Shown piece by piece: positions 40,203 to 49,080 of a stretch of 64,000 nt of DNA. Below the pieces are notes generated by a model. It was not told the origin of the DNA. It worked only from the letters and a program-made list of their open reading frames with translations, and did not search any database. Source of the stretch: Chamaesiphon sp. (GTDB lineage: Bacteria; Cyanobacteriota; Cyanobacteriia; Cyanobacteriales; Chamaesiphonaceae); the NCBI GenBank assembly GCA_965246715.1, contig CBDFFH010000009.1, positions 95,239-159,238 on the forward strand, in the 5' to 3' direction. The translations under genes were made by a program, and so were the position numbers. The first letter of the stretch is position 1. Each line of letters opens with the position of its first letter.

Positions 40203-43200
40203 GTGAAGCAGCTACTCGTACTGAATTTAGATGGAGACTTTACCCGTGGATTTAGCGTCCACTGGGAAATCGGTAGCGAGGATCGAGCCGTTTGTCGCGA
40301 TGGTTATAGTAAATTGCGCCCGATGCCAGATTTAGACTTGGCATTTCGAGCGTGGGATCGGACTTATCGGAGTTTGGATGGCATCAATCGCATCAAAATC
40401 AAGCCCAACCAAATTACGAATGTCCGCTATTCGTCATTGCAGTTGGAGTGCGGACGACAAGCCAAAAACTTAGCTAGGGCGATCGATGATTGGTTCGAGC
40501 GATCGGATTTGAGCCGAGTCATTCGCGAACAGTTAATCCCTACCCCTGGCGACGAGTACCGGGCGATCGTCCGCACTACCGATTTCCAAGCACGACAACT
40601 CCCGTGGCATCTCTGGTCGGGATGGCGCGCGATCGATCGGCTAGAAATCGCTCTCAGCACGCCACAAGGCCTACGGCGAGACCGAATTTACCAGCAACAG
40701 GTACGGGTACTAGTCGTGCTCGGCAACAGTGAGGGCATCGACATCGAGGCCGATCGCCAACTTTTGGCAGATTATTGTCTGGGTGCCGATCTCACCGTAT
40801 TATCCGAGCCAACTCGATCGCAGTTGAGCGAGCGATTACTCGATAAACGCGGTTGGGATATCCTGTTTTTCTCAGGACACAGCAGCACCGAAGGGAATGG
40901 TACCAGGGGTAGAATTTGGCTCAATCGTACCGATAGTTTCACGATGGTCGAACTGAGACGAGAATTGCAAACCGCGATCGCTGGGGGATTGCAACTGGCC
41001 GTATTTAATTCATGCGACGGCTTGGGTGCCGCTGCGGAACTAGAGACGCTCTATATTCCCCACGCGATCTTCATGCGCCAACCAGTACCCGATCGCGTAG
41101 CTCAAACGTTCCTCAAAGATTTTTTAGCGGCATTTACTGGGGGGGCATCGCTAGCTCGATCGGTAAATATCGCCCGCGATCGACTTCAAGAATTAGAAAC
41201 AGAGTTTCCCTGTGCGAGTTGGCTGCCCGTACTCATCCAAAATCGGCTCGCTATCCCCCCAACTTGGCAAAGCTTGGGAGCGATCGCCAACTGTCCGTAT
41301 CGCGGTTTGGCAGCATTTGCCGAGGAGGATAAAGACTATTTTTATGGACGCGAAGAGTTTGTCGCTAGTTTGGTTGAAGACCTCAAAACCCGATCGCTAG
41401 TCCCGCTGATCGGTGCATCGGGAAGTGGTAAATCTTCGCTGGTATTTGCTGGGTTGATTCCCCAGTTGCGCCAAGACGATCTCCACTGGCAGATCGTTTG
41501 CTTGCGTCCGGGGACAGAGCCGATCGTGGCACTAGCAACTGCGGTGACATCGCTAGCAGCATCTCCCGCTCTGGCATTAGAGTTAGCACGATCGATCGCC
41601 ATCGACGAGCTGGCGGTAGTTAACTTCATGAGCGAATCTGGGCTGAATGGCAATTTAATCGAGTTGCACTCACCCAACGATCGCTTACTCTTAGTTATCG
41701 ATCGATTTGAGGAACTCTATACCCTAGCACCAGATAGAGCGGAACGTCGCCAATTTCTCGCTAATATTCTCAACTTGCTCGACCGATCGCCTGAAGTAAA
41801 GTTACTATTCGCCTTACGCGCTGATTTTTACGATCGCCTGCTGGAGGATTATCCACTGGTAATCGCCCTAGAACGGACGCAGAGCAGACATTTAACGCCA
41901 ATGACGCGCGCGGAACTAACTCAAGCGATCGTCATGCCAGCGCAGAAATTAAACGTCCGGTTTGAAGATGGCTTAGTCGAACGGATTGTGGATGCTACCC
42001 TGGGCGAGCGACATATCTTACCGCTGCTCGAATTTACCCTCACCCAATTATGGACGAAACAACGGGATGGCAATCTCACTCATCGCGGTTATGAGGAGAT
42101 CGGCGGGATCGATCGGGCGGTAGTCGATCGGGCGGAAGCAATTTATGCCCAGTTAACAGCTAGCGAGCAAACCCAGGCGCGCTCTATTTTCGGGCAACTG
42201 GTGCAAGTCGGCGAACAGACACTAGCTACCCGCCGGATGACTAAACGAGCGGAACTCGACCCCGACAGTTGGAGTTTAGTCGAGCATTTAGCCGCAGTAC
42301 GGCTAGTGACGATCGATCGCGCCGAAATTGCAGGTGATGAAACCGTCGAACTGATTCACGAGGCATTGATTGGCTACTGGGACAGACTGAAATTATGGAT
42401 CGAGATCGATGGCGATTTTCGACACTGGCAAGAACGATTGCGGGCGACGATCGATCGGTGGGATAAAAACGGGCGGGATGAGAGTGAGTTAATCCGAGGG
42501 AGAACGTTGGATACAGCTTTAGATTGGACGATAAAACAGCCCGATCGATTGCGGCGATCGGAAGCAGAATTTATCCAACTGAGTGCCACTCATCAGCAAC
42601 AGGAAATAACCGCCAAACAACGGCTCCAGCAGCGTATTATCGGTGGATTAGTCGCTGGATTGACGATCGCGACTACTTTGGCGAGTATCGCCCTGTGGCA
42701 ATGGCACCAAGCAAGCTTACAAAGACGCTCGGCTATTAGCAATCGCGTCGAATCGTTAGCCAGTAACGCGCGCTTATTATTCGAGTCTGGCAATCAATTG
42801 GCAGCTTTACAACAAGCTCGACTAGCTGCTGCGGAGATCGCGCGCGAACCTGAACTCACTAGTGAATTTAAGCTTCCCGCGCTCGCGACGCTCTCGGATA
42901 TCCTCGATCGCATTCAAGAACAGCGCGTGCTAGCGCGACATACCAATTCAGTCGCCAGCATTGCTTACAGTCGCGATGGTAAGTTCATAGTTTCGGCTGG
43001 CTGGGATAATCGAATTCATATTTGGACTGCTAACGGTCGATCGATCCAAACATTAGTTGGCGATAACGAACGGTTTTTCAAAGTCATCGTTCATCCCAAC
43101 AGTCACGAAATTATTACTGCTAGTTTCGAGCGCGGGGTTAAAATCTGGCATCGCCATCGGCAAACGGGACTCTGGATCGATCGATCTCAAGGCATCTTCG

Positions 43201-44705
43201 ATCGACCCGTCACCGCGCTCGCCTTGAGTCGCGATGGTCGAAAATTAGCGATCGCGACTAAAGCTGCGAGCATCCAATTTTATCCAGATTTTAGCAATGC
43301 ACCGCTTAAATATCGCTCTTTGCCGATCTCCAGTCTAATTAACGACCTCAGTTTTAGTGCCGAAAGTCGCGAGATCGTGGCGGCAAATAATGATGGTACG
43401 CTGAAAATTTGGACGATCGAGGGAAAATTATCGCGCACGATTGCTGGAGGACATGGCCAAGTTTTAACGGTTGCAGTTAGTCCCGATGGTAAAACGATTG
43501 CTGCTGGAACTAGCGATGGGACGATCTCACTTTGGAATGCTCAAGGGCAGTTATTACTCTATATTAAAGGACAACCGCGAGCGATCCTCGATCTTAATTT
43601 TAGTCCCAACGGTAAAATACTGGCGGCGGCTAGTGAAGATCGTCAAATTAAACTTTGGAACGCGACGACGGGGAAGTTAGTCGATACGCTTCAGGGACAT
43701 CAAGATAGCGTCAATGAAGTCAGTTTCAGCCCCGACGGTCGCACCCTCGGCTCGGCAAGTGCCGATCGCACCGTGAGATTGTGGCAGATCGATCGACCGC
43801 CAGCAACGAGCGACCGAGCGACTAGTTTTGGTTATAACCCACTGCACGATATTTTAATCCTCGGGGGTACGCCTACAGGCACGATAACGATCTTAAATCG
43901 CGATCGACAGGTCGTCCGCCAGTTTACCGCTCATCAAGCTGAAGTAATCGGGATCGGATTGAGTACAGACGGGGAATATCTCGCCACCACCGACAGTCAA
44001 TATCAACTCGCTAACAAGATCGGGTTTAAAAACTCTCAAGTAAAACTCTGGACGAAAACGGGCAGACTAATTGCAACCTTGCCAGGATATCGAGTTAGTT
44101 TCAGTCCCACTCGATCGGTATTGGCGATCGCCACTAGCGATGGTAAAGTAAATATCTACGATCCTAGCGGTCGGGCTGTTGCTAGTTGGCAAACCCAACA
44201 GTCGAGTCTCAATACTCTAAATTTTAGTCCCGATGGTCGCACACTCGTTACCGGAGATAAGGCGATAAAAATCTGGGATTTAAATGGTAAGTTATTAGAC
44301 GATCGTTCAATCGAAACAGGGAGAATTTTAAATGTTAGTTATAGTTCAAATTCTGATACGTTAGCGATCGCTAGCGATTCCCGTCCACCACTGCTGTACT
44401 CGCTCCAATCTCGATCGATTCGCACTTTAGGTAATAACGTCGGCACGACCGCCACCAGTTTTAGTAACGATGGAACTGTCGTGCTAACTGGAGATACAGC
44501 AGGTAATATCCAACTCTGGAGTCGAACGGGTCGGTTATTAATGACTATTTTTACCCCCATTCATCGAGGTTATTCAATTTCACAAGTCGGATTTGGTACT
44601 AGCGATAGCGAAATTTTGGCGATCGATATTAATGGTCACATAAGTCGCCACAATCTCGATTTGGATCGATTATTGATGCTAGCAGATCGGTGGCAAGCTA
44701 AATGA
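40203..44705 (+). CDS. CHAT (caspase-like) protease - STAND NTPase (nSTAND1-like) - TM - WD40 protein
   Basis: His/Cys dyad FFSGHS and FNSCDG; CPYRGLAAF, GASGSGKSS, VIDRFEE, LPLLEFTL, HEALI; TM IIGGLVAGLTIATTLASIALW; WD40 repeats. Confidence 0.92.
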   Translation: MKQLLVLNLDGDFTRGFSVHWEIGSEDRAVCRDGYSKLRPMPDLDLAFRAWDRTYRSLDGINRIKIKPNQITNVRYSSLQLECGRQAKNLARAIDDWFERSDLSRVIREQLIPTPGDEYRAIVRTTDFQARQLPWHLWSGWRAIDRLEIALSTPQGLRRDRIYQQQVRVLVVLGNSEGIDIEADRQLLADYCLGADLTVLSEPTRSQLSERLLDKRGWDILFFSGHSSTEGNGTRGRIWLNRTDSFTMVELRRELQTAIAGGLQLAVFNSCDGLGAAAELETLYIPHAIFMRQPVPDRVAQTFLKDFLAAFTGGASLARSVNIARDRLQELETEFPCASWLPVLIQNRLAIPPTWQSLGAIANCPYRGLAAFAEEDKDYFYGREEFVASLVEDLKTRSLVPLIGASGSGKSSLVFAGLIPQLRQDDLHWQIVCLRPGTEPIVALATAVTSLAASPALALELARSIAIDELAVVNFMSESGLNGNLIELHSPNDRLLLVIDRFEELYTLAPDRAERRQFLANILNLLDRSPEVKLLFALRADFYDRLLEDYPLVIALERTQSRHLTPMTRAELTQAIVMPAQKLNVRFEDGLVERIVDATLGERHILPLLEFTLTQLWTKQRDGNLTHRGYEEIGGIDRAVVDRAEAIYAQLTASEQTQARSIFGQLVQVGEQTLATRRMTKRAELDPDSWSLVEHLAAVRLVTIDRAEIAGDETVELIHEALIGYWDRLKLWIEIDGDFRHWQERLRATIDRWDKNGRDESELIRGRTLDTALDWTIKQPDRLRRSEAEFIQLSATHQQQEITAKQRLQQRIIGGLVAGLTIATTLASIALWQWHQASLQRRSAISNRVESLASNARLLFESGNQLAALQQARLAAAEIAREPELTSEFKLPALATLSDILDRIQEQRVLARHTNSVASIAYSRDGKFIVSAGWDNRIHIWTANGRSIQTLVGDNERFFKVIVHPNSHEIITASFERGVKIWHRHRQTGLWIDRSQGIFDRPVTALALSRDGRKLAIATKAASIQFYPDFSNAPLKYRSLPISSLINDLSFSAESREIVAANNDGTLKIWTIEGKLSRTIAGGHGQVLTVAVSPDGKTIAAGTSDGTISLWNAQGQLLLYIKGQPRAILDLNFSPNGKILAAASEDRQIKLWNATTGKLVDTLQGHQDSVNEVSFSPDGRTLGSASADRTVRLWQIDRPPATSDRATSFGYNPLHDILILGGTPTGTITILNRDRQVVRQFTAHQAEVIGIGLSTDGEYLATTDSQYQLANKIGFKNSQVKLWTKTGRLIATLPGYRVSFSPTRSVLAIATSDGKVNIYDPSGRAVASWQTQQSSLNTLNFSPDGRTLVTGDKAIKIWDLNGKLLDDRSIETGRILNVSYSSNSDTLAIASDSRPPLLYSLQSRSIRTLGNNVGTTATSFSNDGTVVLTGDTAGNIQLWSRTGRLLMTIFTPIHRGYSISQVGFGTSDSEILAIDINGHISRHNLDLDRLLMLADRWQAK

Positions 44706-45628
44706 AAATTAGTAAATATGTGGAATTCTTGGGAATAACTGGAGCGACGATAATTAGTGTCGCGATTCAGTGTAACGTGCGAGCGAGCTGTCATGACAGC
44801 AGCTCGCTGGCGAGGAGTTATCCAATCGCCTTAATGGAGCCAGAGCAAGTAGAGAGTTACTTGAGTAAAGGGATCGCTGACTTCGAGCGAGGTCGGTATC
44901 CAACAGCGATCGGTAATTTTTACCAAGCTTTGAAAATCAACCCTAAATCTGCACTAGCATTCTACTATCTCGGAGCGATTTATACCGAGCGGTATCAAAA
45001 TGCCATCTCGATCGATAATTCCAGTCTGTTGATGCAATGCTCGATCCACAGAACTAACGAGCTGCAAGTTTTTTGTCGTCGGTTGATTTTATCTGAGTGG
45101 CAACAACAGCAACAATCCCTAGCAATTAAGAACTTTACTAAAGCGATCGAACTGCAACCTCAATACCCCGAAGCATATCATGCTAGAGGTATCGTTCAGT
45201 TACCCAATACAGGTGCTGCCGTGAGTGATTGGCAGCAGGCGCTCGAAATCTGGCAGCAGGATTTGGAGCGAGATCGCACTTCCGCTCGCGCGAGCGGACA
45301 AACTCGCGATCTGACCAAGCTCTCGATCCAAGTAGACAGAATTTTAAAGATCTCCCGCAATATCGATCTACTCAAAGATGAAATCTCCAGTCAAAAAAAT
45401 CCCGGCTCTGCTTCTGGCTACTCTTCGTTAGATAAATCTTTGCGTAAAAAAGTTCGAGATTTATATATCGAAGCCAATCGGCTATTAAAACAAGGTAATA
45501 TCCAAGCTGCTAAAAATAAATATCAGGAAGCTAAATTAATTTTATTGCATCACGATCGATCTCAAGAATATCGAGAAGTAGAACAGACAATCGCGCAACT
45601 CGATCGTCTATTGCCTACAAACCCGTAA
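44702..45628 (+). CDS. TPR protein with N-terminal signal/TM segment
   Basis: Overlaps the upstream stop; ALKINPKSALAFYYLG and AIELQPQYPEAYHARG. Confidence 0.8.
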   Translation: MKISKYVEFLGITGATIISVAIQCNVRASCHDSSSLARSYPIALMEPEQVESYLSKGIADFERGRYPTAIGNFYQALKINPKSALAFYYLGAIYTERYQNAISIDNSSLLMQCSIHRTNELQVFCRRLILSEWQQQQQSLAIKNFTKAIELQPQYPEAYHARGIVQLPNTGAAVSDWQQALEIWQQDLERDRTSARASGQTRDLTKLSIQVDRILKISRNIDLLKDEISSQKNPGSASGYSSLDKSLRKKVRDLYIEANRLLKQGNIQAAKNKYQEAKLILLHHDRSQEYREVEQTIAQLDRLLPTNP

Positions 45629-45647
45629 CTGTTAAAGAAGCACACTT

Positions 45648-46115
45648 CTAAATTGGAAGGCTGGCAACCGCTGCAATTCGATCGATTAAAATTCTTCCCC
45701 GCCCCGCTATCTGCTCGGCATTCGAGAGAAAAGACGGCACGATCGTCTTGAGATTTTGTTGCTCCGCTCGCATCCAATCGATAATATACGATCGCACCTC
45801 AGCATCAGCAGTAGCAATCTCAGCCAGAAAATTGGGCGCACCATTGAACAACGCCACTAAATCCTCAAAGTCCTTACTAAAGTAATGTTGACCTCTGCCT
45901 CGACTCCCAAACAAAGGCAATTTTCGCCGCGATCACATAAGGCAATGAGAAGATCCGAATCAGCCGACTGCTGGGTAATCGACAACTAATCGCCCCAGCT
46001 ACCCCAGGCAAATACCACTGATTCCCAAACCCCAACACCTTCTCATCGATCGGCATCATATCCAACTTAATTCCCCGATACAACCACCGACATAACGGTG
46101 CGCCAGGAGTAGATC
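45648..46115 (-). pseudogene. Truncated, frameshifted nucleotidyltransferase-like (AbiEii-type) gene
   Basis: PGAPLCRWLYRGIKLDMMP...GFGNQWY...AAKI in one frame and GSRG...SKDFEDL in another; N-terminus missing. Confidence 0.55.
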
Positions 46116-46328
46116 GTGACTATTGGATGTTAGGAATCGTCCCACTCCTAAGCCACTCAACCATTACTTCCGCTCGGTCAAATTGACAGCAGCAGCAAGA
46201 AAATCGTCTTCTGTTACTAAAGGTTCGAGGTATTCGATATTCATGTCGGCGATTACTCGATCGTGTGCAGCTCGATAGCGAGCAGCTACAACCATCCGCA
46301 CAATGTTATCTATCAATGCTTTCATTTG

Positions 46329-46721
46329 CTAATCATTCCAGAGAACTTCCACCTTATAAAGCTCGAACAGCCGATCGGATGTAACGATCGTCATCCCCTC
46401 CACTTGTGCTTGAGCGATTAACATTCGGTCGAACGGATCTCGATGATGTAACGGCAATCCCCCAGCTTGCAGCGCGTGGTCTGCCCTAATTTCCACCGCT
46501 CGCGCACCTAATTGTTGCATCCGACTGGCAAGATAACGATCGAGCGGTTCGGGCAAAGGTAATTTACCCAAGCCTACCTTAATCCCCAGCTCCCAAACGC
46601 TAGCCACCGAAAACCAAATCTCATTACTCTCATCGCTAATTTGAGCGATCGTTTCCTCCTGTAATCGATCGGGTTCGGCAAACCACCACAACCAGCACTG
46701 AGTATCGATTAACAGCTTCAT
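46329..46721 (-). CDS. vapC: PIN-domain toxin
   Basis: LLIDTQ, SVWE, HRDPFDRMLIAQA, TSD. Confidence 0.93.
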   Translation of the reverse strand: MKLLIDTQCWLWWFAEPDRLQEETIAQISDESNEIWFSVASVWELGIKVGLGKLPLPEPLDRYLASRMQQLGARAVEIRADHALQAGGLPLHHRDPFDRMLIAQAQVEGMTIVTSDRLFELYKVEVLWND

Positions 46722-46969
46722 TCGGCTTCACCTTCAAAAGCTGCCAATAAATCCTCTGGTAACTCGTTAAAGCCTGCTGGGACGGTAAATAAACCGCGAT
46801 CGCAACCCAAACTTTGACGGCGAGAAGTTGGTCGAGCGAGCGGAACTAACTTAGCAACTGGAACACCGCGATTGGAGATGATAATTTCTTCCCCCAGTTC
46901 CACCCGCGATAACAGGCGGGATAGCTGGGTTTTGGCTTCATGGATATTAACGGTTTCCATAATCTGCAA
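46718..46969 (-). CDS. Phd/YefM-family antitoxin
   Basis: VNIHEAKTQLSRLL...GEEIII...PVAKLVP; overlaps the toxin start. Confidence 0.92.
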   Translation of the reverse strand: MQIMETVNIHEAKTQLSRLLSRVELGEEIIISNRGVPVAKLVPLARPTSRRQSLGCDRGLFTVPAGFNELPEDLLAAFEGEAE

Positions 46970-47010
46970 GTAAACTAAGTCTTTAAACTAAGTTTAATAT
47001 AATTAAATTA

Positions 47011-47251
47011 ACGTCAGTTCGGGTTAAGCAGCAGGGAGTAAAACCCACTCAAACCCAAGAGAGGGCTTCTTGGGTTGATGGCCATAGGCAATCAATCCAC
47101 ACAAAACGTTAGTACAAAAGTTTACGGGACTACGATGGCGAGAATGTTCGATTTGGGAAATATTTTTAAGCTGGTCGATTATTGTCTCAATAATCGACCG
47201 TTTACGAGAAAGAAGCTTATCATTTAACCGCATCAGTTTATTTTTCATATT
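47011..47251 (-). pseudogene. IS982 3' fragment with right TIR
   Basis: TIR ACGTCAGTTCGGGTTAAG; protein nearly identical to the C-terminus of 62311-63189. Confidence 0.9.
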
Positions 47252-47372
47252 GCGCTAGCTGCTCTAATTGTGCTGCTACCACCTCATCTTCCATCATCGG
47301 ACGTTGGTGTCGCTTCGCATGGTCACGATTTGTTGTCCGCTGTCTTGTCGCACTTGTATGGGCGGGAAACCC

Positions 47373-48855
47373 GATTCGTGACAAGTTAAGAAAAACCGAG
47401 GGTTGTCAAGGGGAGAAAGAAAAAATGTCAAACTGTTACTAGCAAAGAGTTAGAACCAAATTTGACACATGCCTAAAAAGCGGACAACAAATCGCGACCA
47501 CGCCAAGCGACAACAACGTCCGATGATGGAAGAGGAGGTGATAGCAGCACAATTAGAACAGCTAGTCACGCCAGCAGTACTAGCACAAGAAAAGTACTAT
47601 CGCCAACTCGGAATGAGGGATAGAATACTGAATCTGCCGCTGATGGTAGCAGCAGTGCTGACACTAATTTGGCGAGACGTAGCTGGAGTCAGAGAACTCA
47701 GCAGAATACTCGCCAGAGAAGGATTTCTCTGGTGCGAACCAACACAAGTCAGCCAACAAGCATTATCACAGAGATTTTTGACATTTCCCGCTGAAATATT
47801 TGAGCGAATATTTAGAGAATTACTGCCAGAATTCGAGCGAAAATGGCACAGTCGCAACAAAAGACAACTACCCTCCAGTATTCAATTTGCCCGAACTAAA
47901 TTTGCTAGAGTTTGGGCTAGTGACGGTTCAACATTAGAAGCAATCTTCAAGAAATTAGAAAGTCTGACAGATGTGCCAAAAAATCAATTAGCTGGAAAAA
48001 TAGGAGTAGTCATCGATCTAGTAACCCGACTACCAGTAGAAATTTGGTTTGAGTCGAATGCCAAAGCTAGTGACATGAAGTTTGAGGCAGATATCCTAAA
48101 GCTAGTCAAGCCCCAGACATTAATTTTACTAGATCGAGGATTTTGTCATTATCTGTTTTGGCAACAACTAATCGAAAGGAATGTTCATGTAATTACCCGC
48201 CTAAACAACAAAGCATCATTTACCGTCGAGAGCGCATTCACGAATAGTTACAGCATCCGCGACCGAATAGTAACAATGGGTGCTGGTAATAAAACAACTC
48301 CATGTATCACGATGAGATTAGTGGAAATCAAAATGGGTAAAGCTTGGTACTCTTATCTAACTAGCGTGCTTGACCCATTAATTTTACCACCCTACGTAGT
48401 TGCCGATTTGTATGGTAGAAGATGGCGAATAGAAGAGGCATTTAATATTGTCAAACGATTGTTAGGATTGAGTTATATCTGGACAGGCTCACTTAATGGT
48501 ATTAAGTTGCAACTCTGGGGGACTTGGCTATTTTATATTGTATTAGTCGATCTTGGCGATGCGATTGCTGATGAGCTATCTCTTCCTTTTGACCGCATTT
48601 CTTTAGAGATGATTTATCGTGGTCTTTACCATTTTTATGTTGCCCATCACAAAGGTTTAGCTACCGACCCCATTAAATATTTTGCAGCTCCTGAAAATAG
48701 AGATTTAGGTATTATTAAATCTATCCGAAAGCCATTCAAGAAATTAATGATTGACCCCTTTCCCGACCAAGCGAGCAGGGAAGGCTCATTCTTTTTTGAG
48801 CCTTCCGCTCAACCCGGCTTGACAACTGCGCTCGCTCCTTAACTTGTCACGAATC
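47373..48855 (+). mobile_element. IS4-family insertion sequence, complete
   Basis: 18-bp TIR GATTCGTGACAAGTTAAG; flanked by duplicated GGGAAACCC (TIR/TSD boundary uncertain by 1-3 bp). Confidence 0.92.
47469..48842 (+). CDS. IS4-family DDE transposase
   Basis: DGST, LDRGF, YGRRWRIEEAF (YREK). Confidence 0.93.
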   Translation: MPKKRTTNRDHAKRQQRPMMEEEVIAAQLEQLVTPAVLAQEKYYRQLGMRDRILNLPLMVAAVLTLIWRDVAGVRELSRILAREGFLWCEPTQVSQQALSQRFLTFPAEIFERIFRELLPEFERKWHSRNKRQLPSSIQFARTKFARVWASDGSTLEAIFKKLESLTDVPKNQLAGKIGVVIDLVTRLPVEIWFESNAKASDMKFEADILKLVKPQTLILLDRGFCHYLFWQQLIERNVHVITRLNNKASFTVESAFTNSYSIRDRIVTMGAGNKTTPCITMRLVEIKMGKAWYSYLTSVLDPLILPPYVVADLYGRRWRIEEAFNIVKRLLGLSYIWTGSLNGIKLQLWGTWLFYIVLVDLGDAIADELSLPFDRISLEMIYRGLYHFYVAHHKGLATDPIKYFAAPENRDLGIIKSIRKPFKKLMIDPFPDQASREGSFFFEPSAQPGLTTALAP

Positions 48856-49080
48856 GGGAAACCCGCCCATACAAGTGCGCCGCTTTTTGGGCATGGTTCA
48901 CACAGTAGACTCTAACTCTCTGCTAGTAAAAGTTTGACATCTTTTCTTTCCCCTCTTGACAACGCTCTAATTCTCCTAACTTGTCACGAATCGGGAAACC
49001 CGACGTAAAAAGCGAGACAAGACATTGCCCCTACCAAAGGAGGAATTGTAAGTTATTTAATTCTTATTCCTTAACTCGAT

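Larger units (their letters stand above)
47255..48992 (-). mobile_element. Older, truncated IS4-family copy (left end plus first codons), interrupted
   Basis: TIR ending at 48992, leader and ATGCCCAAAAAGCG at about 48880-48895; continues at 47255-47341 as a homolog of the transposase 5' end. Confidence 0.8.
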
